Shown here: positions 56,475 to 64,000 of the stretch, one piece after another
Position numbering within the stretch: position 1 is the first letter of the stretch
Layout of the letters: every line of letters begins with the position of its first letter
Assembly: GCA_949283525.1 (NCBI GenBank)
Contig: CASDSK010000038.1
Location: 30,970-94,969 of the forward strand
Direction: 5' to 3'
DNA from: an uncultured Eubacteriales bacterium
GTDB taxonomy: Bacteria > Bacillota > Clostridia > Christensenellales > UBA1242
Length of the DNA stretch: 64,000 bases
Position numbers and translations under genes: made by a program
The notes under the pieces: model-generated
Told to the model about the DNA's origin: nothing
Database searches by the model: none
The model's input: the letters and a program-made list of their open reading frames with translations, nothing else

Positions 56475-58613
56475 TTATTTTTCTATTATTTTTGGATACC
56501 CATTAAAGTACAAATAGTCTTCATTATCATAGCATAGAATGTTTACACTATTTTTAAGCATATTTTGAAGTTGGTAAGCTTGTGCCATATTCACATCAAA
56601 TATAAATGCATATTCAATGTTATCAATTACAAAAAGCATCGCCACTAACACTTCATTTACAAATAATGGATAAATATTTAAATTATTTATTTTTATGATG
56701 TCGTTATTTGGTATTATAGTAACTGCCCCATTCTTTAATGTTTCAAAAGCATACTTTGAATTTTCTTCTACATAAATATTTTTAATATCGCAAACTTTTT
56801 GTAAAGCTTCTAAATTTGTTCTTTGTATGTACATATCCACATTCGAATTTATTATAAATACTGCATCTAGTGAATATATTCTAGCACGTTGAATATTTTC
56901 TGTTAATTTATTTGTATCATATTTTCCACCTACTCCAACTAAAATTTTATCGTTTTCTTTAGATGTTAAGAGTACTGTGCTTATACTGTTATCAAAAACA
57001 ATCGCATCTGTATTTCTATATTTTTTAGGCAATATATCTATTATAAATAACGTTAATAGTGTTATAATCAAAATTATATTTATTGGCAATTTGATTTTAT
57101 CTTTAATCAATATAAACTGAGAAATAAAAGTAATAAATACATAGTATACAAAAGATAATAAATTTAATTCACTTACGTATAAATTCGCATATGGCAAATT
57201 AACAAATATACTAGGGAACCAATTTACAAAACTCAATACAACACTAGGCAGAAATAATGTAAACGCTAAAAATGGGAAAACTAATGATAATACAATAGTA
57301 GCAAACAATAAAATATAACCAAGTGAGAATATTGGTACTATAACAATATTTGCTGGTATAGAGTATAGCGAGAAACTATTAAAATATGTAGCCATTATTG
57401 GATATATGCCAATTTGTGCAGATACAGTCATTGCTATTGATGAAGATAAAAAATTAGGAAATTTGCAATTCTTGTGTAAAAAATTATTGATTGCATTACC
57501 AAAAAATACTATACCTATGACACTTGTAAAACTTAGCAAAAAGCCTACATCATATATTGACAATGGCCAAATGATACAAATAATTATACACGACAAACCT
57601 AAAGAAGATAATATATCCCCTTGTTTCCCGATAAATCTTGCAGATAATACTATAAGTGCCATTATTGTCGCCCTAACGACACTAGGCGTAAACGCACATA
57701 AGTAGCAATACCCTATTAAAACTAAATTTATTATAATAAACTTGATTAATTTTCTAATTTTTATAAATCTAAAAATAAAGAGTAAAAGTGATACAATAAT
57801 GACAACATTCATACCACTAACTGCTACTATATGTGCAACACCACTTATTTTGAATGACTCATTAGTAAAATCACTTAGATATGAACTATCTCCAAATAAT
57901 ATTGAGTAAGATAAATATGCAATATCAATAGGCATTTGAGAAATAAGCGTATCCAAGACTTTTTTGTGAATAATATCACTTGCACCCAATAAATTATTCT
58001 CTACTATTTCTAGATCACTTATATATTGTGCTTCATAGCGTATGTTATCTCTTATAGAATAATAATCTAACTCTCCATTCTTTATAGGATAATTAGAAGT
58101 TAAATTACCGACAAAATTAATTTTATCCCCTACTTCTATGTTTGACAATTCATTTTCATTTTCATAGAAAGTTAAACAAGTAATACCTTTTAGTTTTTCT
58201 TCTTTACCATCAAAAATAATTGTAACATTTTTAAGATACAATTTTTTACTAGAATAATATTCTTCGCTTGAATCAACAATTGCTGTAATCTCATATGTTT
58301 CTTCATCAATATTTGTCGTGTAGTAATTTATTTTATTATAAGCTAGAAGACCACCTAAGACATACATTATAAAACAAAAGAGTATAATTAATTTATTTAT
58401 TGCAAGGAATTTGATAAACACATTTACAAATCGACTTTTATCAAATACTGCAGTTATTAAAATTGTTAAAACTACAAATACTACGAAAATAAATAATGTT
58501 ATCACATAAAATAATATCACATCTTTTTCTAAGCAATTTACCATCACGTAAACACCTAAGCACAAAAATAATGCAACAAATACGAATGGCCTTCTAGCAA
58601 ATATCCTTATCAT
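56475..58613 (-). CDS. comEC: ComEC/Rec2 DNA-internalisation channel protein with degenerate C-terminal metallo-beta-lactamase-like domain
   Basis: N-terminal OB/DUF4131-like region and competence domain (ISGVAHIVAVSGMNV). The C-terminal ~190 aa contain no histidine. Confidence 0.8.
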   Translation of the reverse strand: MIRIFARRPFVFVALFLCLGVYVMVNCLEKDVILFYVITLFIFVVFVVLTILITAVFDKSRFVNVFIKFLAINKLIILFCFIMYVLGGLLAYNKINYYTTNIDEETYEITAIVDSSEEYYSSKKLYLKNVTIIFDGKEEKLKGITCLTFYENENELSNIEVGDKINFVGNLTSNYPIKNGELDYYSIRDNIRYEAQYISDLEIVENNLLGASDIIHKKVLDTLISQMPIDIAYLSYSILFGDSSYLSDFTNESFKISGVAHIVAVSGMNVVIIVSLLLFIFRFIKIRKLIKFIIINLVLIGYCYLCAFTPSVVRATIMALIVLSARFIGKQGDILSSLGLSCIIICIIWPLSIYDVGFLLSFTSVIGIVFFGNAINNFLHKNCKFPNFLSSSIAMTVSAQIGIYPIMATYFNSFSLYSIPANIVIVPIFSLGYILLFATIVLSLVFPFLAFTLFLPSVVLSFVNWFPSIFVNLPYANLYVSELNLLSFVYYVFITFISQFILIKDKIKLPINIILIITLLTLFIIDILPKKYRNTDAIVFDNSISTVLLTSKENDKILVGVGGKYDTNKLTENIQRARIYSLDAVFIINSNVDMYIQRTNLEALQKVCDIKNIYVEENSKYAFETLKNGAVTIIPNNDIIKINNLNIYPLFVNEVLVAMLFVIDNIEYAFIFDVNMAQAYQLQNMLKNSVNILCYDNEDYLYFNGYPKIIEK

Positions 58614-58720
58614 TTTTTTACCTTTATGACAAATTATACCAAAATTTTTGCAGATAATAAAATAAATTTTAATAATTTTAAGTAAATAATTAATAAATTG
58701 TTATTTTTTTAGTTTTGATA

Positions 58721-58749
58721 TTGACAAAAGTAACATATAATGATATAAT
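58721..58749 (+). promoter_or_regulatory. consensus sigma-A-type promoter
   Basis: TTGACA, a 17-nt spacer, then TGATATAAT. Confidence 0.6.
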
Positions 58750-58773
58750 TAATTTACTATCAGCGAGGTTTCT

Positions 58774-59403
58774 ATGATTGATATGAAAAGTCGAAATAAA
58801 GTAATTGATAAAATCGCAAAAATTGATTTTGAATTGCCTAAAATATCTAATTTTTCTAAGATTAATGTAATGCAAGTTCATTTACTATGTGAACGTCAAT
58901 TATCTTTAATCAAAAAACGTATAATTGAACAAATTTATATATTAAACAAATTATACGACAAATGGATAGTTTCAAACAAAATTAAATTTGATAATATTGT
59001 AAATTTTTATTGTGAAAATTTTAATCAATTAAATAAACAGTCTAATTATTTTAAATTGTTACAAAAAAATTATGAAAATTTAGCCCGTAAAATAAAAGAA
59101 TATAAGGCACTTCAAGACACAGCAAATCAAAACATTGATTTATACAAAAAAAATAAAGAATGTTTATTAAATTCATACATTAATTTTTACGACAAATCGT
59201 TAAAAGAAGGAAATAATACTGAAAAGATTTTAAAATATCAAGCAAAATTAGAGCCTTTTACATATACATTGCCTGATGTAACATATTGTCTTAATGATGT
59301 ACTAAAAAAACAAAATTATGTTAGCAATCTTATTAGACAAACAAATACTTACAAAATGAACAAAAATTATGAAGGAGAAGAAAATTATGAACAAACAAAA
59401 TAA
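58774..59403 (+). CDS. hypothetical coiled-coil protein (209 aa)
   Basis: ORF behind GCGAGG. N/K/Q/Y-rich helical sequence. No family recognised. Confidence 0.45.
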   Translation: MIDMKSRNKVIDKIAKIDFELPKISNFSKINVMQVHLLCERQLSLIKKRIIEQIYILNKLYDKWIVSNKIKFDNIVNFYCENFNQLNKQSNYFKLLQKNYENLARKIKEYKALQDTANQNIDLYKKNKECLLNSYINFYDKSLKEGNNTEKILKYQAKLEPFTYTLPDVTYCLNDVLKKQNYVSNLIRQTNTYKMNKNYEGEENYEQTK

Positions 59404-60040
59404 TTATATTCGTTACAAAAAAGTTAAAACTACTAACCCACTTTATTTTACTGCATTATCTTATGCTATAATCCCTACTTCTGCTGGGGCAAGAAATTAC
59501 TTTGTAACTTATCAAAAAACCTTAATTAAACCTAAGGCTGCAATAAAACAAAAAGCAAAGATAGAAAGGAAACAACACAACGTAGAAAGATTAGAAAAAT
59601 TATCTCAAAAAATAAAGAATGTGCCTAATCAAGCAAAAGAGACAAAAAATAAAATTGCAACTAAAAGCGTAGAAGTCAAAGACAAAATAGTTAATAAAAC
59701 TGTAGAAGTTAAAGACAAAACAAAAAACAATATTAAAAATACTGTAGAAATAGTTAAAAGCAAATTTAATAATCAAGAAAATGATACAGATTCTAAGACA
59801 AGCGAAAGAATTCAAAAATTACAATCATTTTTTGATAATGTTAAGGGGTATGCATACAAGGTAAAACAAAAAATAACTCAACCAGATGAACCTCAAGTAA
59901 TAGAAGAAGAAAAAATCAGCAAAAAAGAAATTGTAGTAAATAAACTAAGAAGAGTTTCAAATAAAACTAAACTATATTTTAATATAGCATGTAATAAAAT
60001 AAAATCTAAATTAGCAAAAAATAATGAAAACGAAAAATAA
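59387..60040 (+). CDS. hypothetical lysine-rich protein with one hydrophobic segment and 11-residue repeats
   Basis: Start at the ATG behind AAGGAG (track start 59369). Repeats AKETKNKIATK / SVEVKDKIVNK / TVEVKDKTKNN / IKNTVEIVKSK. Confidence 0.45.
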   Translation: MNKQNNYIRYKKVKTTNPLYFTALSYAIIPTSAGARNYFVTYQKTLIKPKAAIKQKAKIERKQHNVERLEKLSQKIKNVPNQAKETKNKIATKSVEVKDKIVNKTVEVKDKTKNNIKNTVEIVKSKFNNQENDTDSKTSERIQKLQSFFDNVKGYAYKVKQKITQPDEPQVIEEEKISKKEIVVNKLRRVSNKTKLYFNIACNKIKSKLAKNNENEK

Positions 60041-60105
60041 AATTATAGTTGTTATGCAATAAAAAAAGACGAAACACAAATACAAAATTATGTTCCGTCT
60101 TTTTT

Positions 60106-60342
60106 TTATATTTCATCATTATTATTTAAAGATTGATTGTTATTTTCTTGATTTGTTAATTCATTATATTCTTTATTTAAAATTTCAATTTTTCCTTTGG
60201 CATCATTTAATATACTATAACATTCTTTGCAGTCTTTCATAGCTTGCTCATATAATTTAACAGACTCATCAAGTGAAATATTTCCACTTTCTATTTTTTG
60301 TGTTATCTGTTCAATATTTTTTAATAGTTCTTCAAAATTCAT
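60106..60342 (-). CDS. xseB: exodeoxyribonuclease VII small subunit
   Basis: FEELLKNIEQITQKIESGNISLDESVKLYEQ. ATGA overlap with xseA. Confidence 0.8.
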   Translation of the reverse strand: MNFEELLKNIEQITQKIESGNISLDESVKLYEQAMKDCKECYSILNDAKGKIEILNKEYNELTNQENNNQSLNNNDEI

Positions 60343-61546
60343 ATTTCTTCTCCTTATCTATTTCATTAATTAATGCTTGAATTTGACCATCAATTAAATT
60401 TATGCTAATTTGTTGCCCTTTTTGAACTTGATTAATACTATTTATTTTCTTACCACTAATATCTTCTATCGTTGCAAATCCCCTTGACATTATAATTAAG
60501 GGATTAGATTTTTCTAACGCTTGACACAATAACTTATACTTATTATTTATATTAATTAAAAATTCGTTTTCATATCTTTCAAGTTTATTTAAGTTTATTA
60601 ATAATTTCTGTTTCACACTTTGTATATAATTAACTAAATATACATAATTTTTTTGTAAATCAATTTCGCACTCTCGTTTTTTTTGCATTATTTCTCTATT
60701 CAAAGATATATAAAGTCTATTCAATAATTTTGTCAATAGTTGAACTTGTTCCGTAACATTAGCAACTACTATTTCCGCTGCCGCTGATGGTGTAGGTGCT
60801 CTTTTATCAGCTACAAAATCAATTATTGTAAAATCGGTTTCGTGCCCTACTGCTGAAATAATAGGAGTTTTGCAATCAAATACAACTCTGGCTAATTTTT
60901 CTGAATTAAAGCAATCTAAATCTTCACTGCTTCCCCCTCCTCGAGCTACAATAATAACATCTAAATTTAATTTATCTAATTCTTTAATTGCTTCAATTAT
61001 CGTTTCGTCTGCCTTTAATCCTTGAACACGACATCCATAAACAAATAAATTTACACCAGCATTTCTTCGGTATGATACATTTTTTATGTCTTGCAATACT
61101 GCACCCTGTAAACTAGTTGCTACTCCTATATTAATTGCATTATTAGGGACTACTTTTTTATATTCTTCTTTAAATAGTCCTTCTTTTTCCAACTTTTCTT
61201 TTAATTGTAAAAATTTTAAATACAGAGCACCTTTACCGTATGCAATCATATTTTTTACATTAAAATTTAATTTTCCACCCTTAACATAATAATTAGGAGA
61301 ACCTTTAACAATCACACTTTCACCGATTTGTGGTTGAAAATCTAATTTATTAGCACCAAACATAACACAGTCAATGTTGGCTTCCTCGTCTTTGATTGTA
61401 AAATATGCTGTATCTCCCCTATACAACTTATAAGCAGAAATTTCACCAAAAATTGAGATGTTATGCAACATCTCCTCATTATCAAATATATTCTTTATGT
61501 AATTGCCTAATTGTGAAACGGTTATAAAATTTTGTTCTTCAATCAT
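60332..61546 (-). CDS. xseA: exodeoxyribonuclease VII large subunit
   Basis: N-terminal OB fold (TVSQLGNYIKNIF), ARGGGS motif, 404 aa. Synteny nusB-xseA-xseB. Confidence 0.85.
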   Translation of the reverse strand: MIEEQNFITVSQLGNYIKNIFDNEEMLHNISIFGEISAYKLYRGDTAYFTIKDEEANIDCVMFGANKLDFQPQIGESVIVKGSPNYYVKGGKLNFNVKNMIAYGKGALYLKFLQLKEKLEKEGLFKEEYKKVVPNNAINIGVATSLQGAVLQDIKNVSYRRNAGVNLFVYGCRVQGLKADETIIEAIKELDKLNLDVIIVARGGGSSEDLDCFNSEKLARVVFDCKTPIISAVGHETDFTIIDFVADKRAPTPSAAAEIVVANVTEQVQLLTKLLNRLYISLNREIMQKKRECEIDLQKNYVYLVNYIQSVKQKLLINLNKLERYENEFLININNKYKLLCQALEKSNPLIIMSRGFATIEDISGKKINSINQVQKGQQISINLIDGQIQALINEIDKEKKYEF

Positions 61547-61944
61547 TAATCACCTACAAATTGTGCAAGTATACCATTTATAAATTTTGGACTTTTTTCT
61601 GTCGAGTATTCCTTTGCTAACTCAATAGTTTCATTAATTATTACCTTTTGTGGAGTTTGTTTAATGTAATTCATTTCGCATATAGCAAGCATTAACAAAC
61701 ACTTATCAACCTTATATACTCTCTTCCATTCATATCCTTGTAATTTTAAACTAATACTACTTATGATTTCAGTTTCATTTTCGATAACTGTATTATATAA
61801 TTGGTTAATAAACTCCATATCACTTTGTGAAATACTTTCATCTGCAACTATTTCGTTTAAAGTAAGATTATAATTATTTTCTTTATTATCCAAAGAAGAA
61901 AATAATAATTTAAGTGCTACACTTCTACATTCACGTCTTGTCAT
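61546..61944 (-). CDS. nusB: transcription antitermination factor NusB
   Basis: MTRRECRSVALKLLFS...IINETIELAKEY...KFINGILA. Confidence 0.85.
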   Translation of the reverse strand: MTRRECRSVALKLLFSSLDNKENNYNLTLNEIVADESISQSDMEFINQLYNTVIENETEIISSISLKLQGYEWKRVYKVDKCLLMLAICEMNYIKQTPQKVIINETIELAKEYSTEKSPKFINGILAQFVGD

Positions 61945-62321
61945 TATTCTCTCTCCAAGTTAGAAAAGTCAACATCTACTATATACACATTTACTGCCTT
62001 AACTTTGATATTCATCATACTTTGAACACTAGTTCTAATGTTTTCTTGTATTCTCCAAGCAATATCTTTAACATTAGCATCAGAAAATATATTGATAAAA
62101 ACATCAACCTCTACTTCGTTACCTTTGTTAACAACTCTAACACCATTGTCATTTTTACCTTTCGCTAATTTTACTAAAACATTTTTTGTTGTCTTATTCA
62201 TACTAGCTACACCATTTATTTCTTTTGTCGCTAATGATACAATAGATTTTATAATGTCTTTATTAAACATTACTTTACCATTAGTTCTTTCTTCTTCTAA
62301 ATTTTCATTTATTTCTGCCAT
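61944..62321 (-). CDS. Asp23/Gls24-family protein (YqhY-like)
   Basis: Start at the ATG behind GGAGA (MAEINENLEE...). IIKSIVSLATKEINGVASM. Position upstream of nusB, as B. subtilis yqhY. Confidence 0.8.
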   Translation of the reverse strand: MAEINENLEEERTNGKVMFNKDIIKSIVSLATKEINGVASMNKTTKNVLVKLAKGKNDNGVRVVNKGNEVEVDVFINIFSDANVKDIAWRIQENIRTSVQSMMNIKVKAVNVYIVDVDFSNLERE

Positions 62322-62550
62322 AAATAAATCTCCTATTTCTCTTATTATATCATATAATATTACTTTTATCAAATAATTTTTGAAAATTATATGTAGTTTA
62401 TATTAAGTTTTTGTAATAGTTTCTTACAATTTCTCTTTAATTAATCTTAATAAAAAATATTAATTTTAAATTTATCAAAAAATTAAGTTTTAATCTTATA
62501 ATTTTGTATATTAGGCACAAAAATTTATTATTTTTACCTAAATTGTGCCT

Positions 62551-62610
62551 AAAACAAAAAAGAACACCATATATAGCGTTTTGATATTTCAAACTTACTA
62601 CATATAGTGT
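62551..62610 (-). terminator. intrinsic terminator after tRNA-Leu
   Basis: Minus-strand RNA ACACUAUAUGUAG-loop-CUAUAUAUGGUGU (13 bp, 2 G-U pairs) followed by UCUUUUUUGUUUU. Confidence 0.65.
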
Positions 62611-62620
62611 TTTTCATTTG

Positions 62621-62707
62621 TGGTGCCGAAGGTGGGACTTGAACCCACACGAAGTTGCCCTCGCAAGATTTTGAGTCTTGTGCGTCTGCCAATTCCGCCA
62701 CTTCGGC
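62621..62707 (-). tRNA. tRNA-Leu (anticodon CAA), class II with long variable arm, CCA encoded
   Basis: Reverse complement GCCGAAGTGGCGGAATTGGCAGACGCACAAGACTCAAAATCTTGCGAGGGCAACTTCGTGTGGGTTCAAGTCCCACCTTCGGCACCA. Anticodon loop CUCAAAA. Preceded by TTGCAA-17-TGATATAAT. Confidence 0.9.
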
Positions 62708-62855
62708 TTACTTTTTTATTATATCATAAATATTTTTATTTTGCAACTATTTTCAAAAAAATTACACAAAATAAATATATTACTAAAACACTAAATAATA
62801 TATTTATTTGTGTTTTTGATAATATTATGCTATAATCATATTTAGCGAGGTTATT

Positions 62856-64000
62856 GTGGATTTTATTATTATAGATGGTAATTCTCTTGCAAATAGAGCA
62901 TTTTATGCGATGCCACCATTAAAAAACAAAAACGGATTAGTATGTAATGCAATTTTTGGTTTTTGTAATATTTTAGTTAAATTAATAACAGAAAATAAAC
63001 CTAAATATTTAGCAGTTGCGTTTGATATGCACGCACCTACTTTTAGGCATCAACTATACCCTGAATATAAAGCTGGCAGAAATGCTATGCCTGAAGATTT
63101 GCTTGAACAAATGCCACTTATTCAAGAATTACTAAAGAAAATGAATATTCAAGTAATTATGAAAGAAGGAATTGAAGCAGATGACATAATAGGAACATTA
63201 ACAAAAAGGTTTAATGTTTCTAGTGTTATTGTATCTGGAGATAAAGATTTATTACAACTTATTGATGATAACACAACTGTATGGCTAACAAAAAAAGGCA
63301 TAAGTGAAATAGAAATATTTGATAATAGTCATTTCCAAGATATTTACGACTTTGAGCCCAAGAAAATAATAGATTTGAAGGCTATGATGGGTGACAATAG
63401 TGATAATATACCGGGTATAAATGGCGTTGGCGAAAAAACGGCTATGGAATTTATGCACCAATTTGGCTCACTTGACCAATTATACAATAATATAGACAAA
63501 CTAACGGGTGCTAAACAAAAAAAAGTCATAGAATCTAAAGATATGGCTTACTTAAGTTATGACTTAGCAAAAATTAATATCAATGCAGATATTGAATGTG
63601 ATTTAAGTTCCTTAACTTATGATTTTCCATTTGACGATGAAGTTAAAAATAAATTTAATGAATACGAATTTTCTTCATTATTAAAACGAGATATTTTTAT
63701 GTCCAATTCACAAACCAAAAATGAAGCCTTACAGCAATGCGATATTATTGAAATAACTAGCGTTAAACAATTAGATGAAATTTTAACAAAAATACAAAAC
63801 CCTAAAAGATTTTGTATGCATTATGAGAAATATTATGATGAATTTCATTTTGCTTTTGATACAAACACAAATTATTATTTTATTACAAATAAAGTTAAAG
63901 ATGACACTAATAAATTAATTGAAAAATTAATGCCTTATGCCATTAACAAAAATATTAATCAATGCTATTTTAAATATAAAAGGTTAAAACATTATTTGAG
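62856..64000 (+). CDS. polA: DNA polymerase I (partial; 5'-3' exonuclease domain and beginning of the next domain; GTG start)
   Basis: Open frame to the window edge, not in the ORF track. IIDGNSLANRAFYA, YKAGR, EADDIIGT, GDKDLLQL, GDNSDNIPGINGVGEKTA. GAGG RBS. Confidence 0.9.
   Translation, partial: MDFIIIDGNSLANRAFYAMPPLKNKNGLVCNAIFGFCNILVKLITENKPKYLAVAFDMHAPTFRHQLYPEYKAGRNAMPEDLLEQMPLIQELLKKMNIQVIMKEGIEADDIIGTLTKRFNVSSVIVSGDKDLLQLIDDNTTVWLTKKGISEIEIFDNSHFQDIYDFEPKKIIDLKAMMGDNSDNIPGINGVGEKTAMEFMHQFGSLDQLYNNIDKLTGAKQKKVIESKDMAYLSYDLAKININADIECDLSSLTYDFPFDDEVKNKFNEYEFSSLLKRDIFMSNSQTKNEALQQCDIIEITSVKQLDEILTKIQNPKRFCMHYEKYYDEFHFAFDTNTNYYFITNKVKDDTNKLIEKLMPYAINKNINQCYFKYKRLKHYL

Noticed and set aside
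62038-62376. 112-aa plus-strand ORF antisense to the Asp23-family gene, and the 84-aa ORF at 61914-62168.
   Set aside because: Antisense shadows. The minus-strand Asp23 and nusB calls are supported by motifs and synteny.
1-64000. Searched by eye for mobile elements, phage genes, CRISPR arrays, restriction-modification, toxin-antitoxin or known defence-system genes.
   Set aside because: I recognised no transposase, integrase, recombinase, reverse transcriptase, Cas, nuclease-helicase defence pair or regularly spaced repeat array. The window reads as syntenic core genome. This is a visual assessment without HMM searches.

Overview
This is a strongly AT-rich (by eye over 70% A+T, not computed), gene-dense chromosomal segment from a low-GC Bacillota (Firmicutes) genome. 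It holds about 75 genes, mostly on the minus strand, and nearly all are core housekeeping genes. They sit in Bacillus-like synteny blocks: divIVA-like (partial), lgt; yloV(fakA)-yloU / rpmB-spoVM / rpe-rsgA-rlmN-priA-rpoZ; gatCAB-ligA-pcrA; rpsU-hit-mtaB-rsmE; gpmI-tpiA-pgk; two HU genes; spoVB-like/spoVT; ftsY-smc-rnc-plsX; holA-comEC; xseBA-nusB-asp23; polA (partial). There are two tRNAs (Glu-CUC, Leu-CAA). Sporulation-associated genes (spoVM-like micro-ORF, spoVT, spoVB-like flippase, ylbJ-like, polysaccharide deacetylase, SLT, S8 protease) point to an endospore-forming or recently spore-forming lineage with a streamlined genome. I recognised no transposase, integrase, phage gene, CRISPR array, restriction system or known defence system, so I cannot point to a classical accessory island or a clearly novel multi-gene system. 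The observations most worth follow-up are: (1) a TrpF-like gene with an in-frame TGA at a conserved aromatic position, with conserved sequence continuing after it; (2) an ATP-grasp plus swivel-His (PEP-utilising type) phosphotransferase with an unrecognised ~235-aa N-terminal domain, sitting where thiN lies in B. subtilis; (3) an amine-dehydrogenase-like protein ending in three CxCGC repeats; (4) a lipid-related cluster next to plsX (serine-palmitoyltransferase-like enzyme, degenerate orphan ABC ATPase, mini PucR-type HTH), where plsX is followed directly by rnc with no fabD/fabG/acpP; (5) two copies of a near-identical palindromic terminator element; (6) two conserved small genes missing from the ORF track (spoVM-like, rpsU). 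All functional calls rest on motifs and synteny read by eye. No database search was run.
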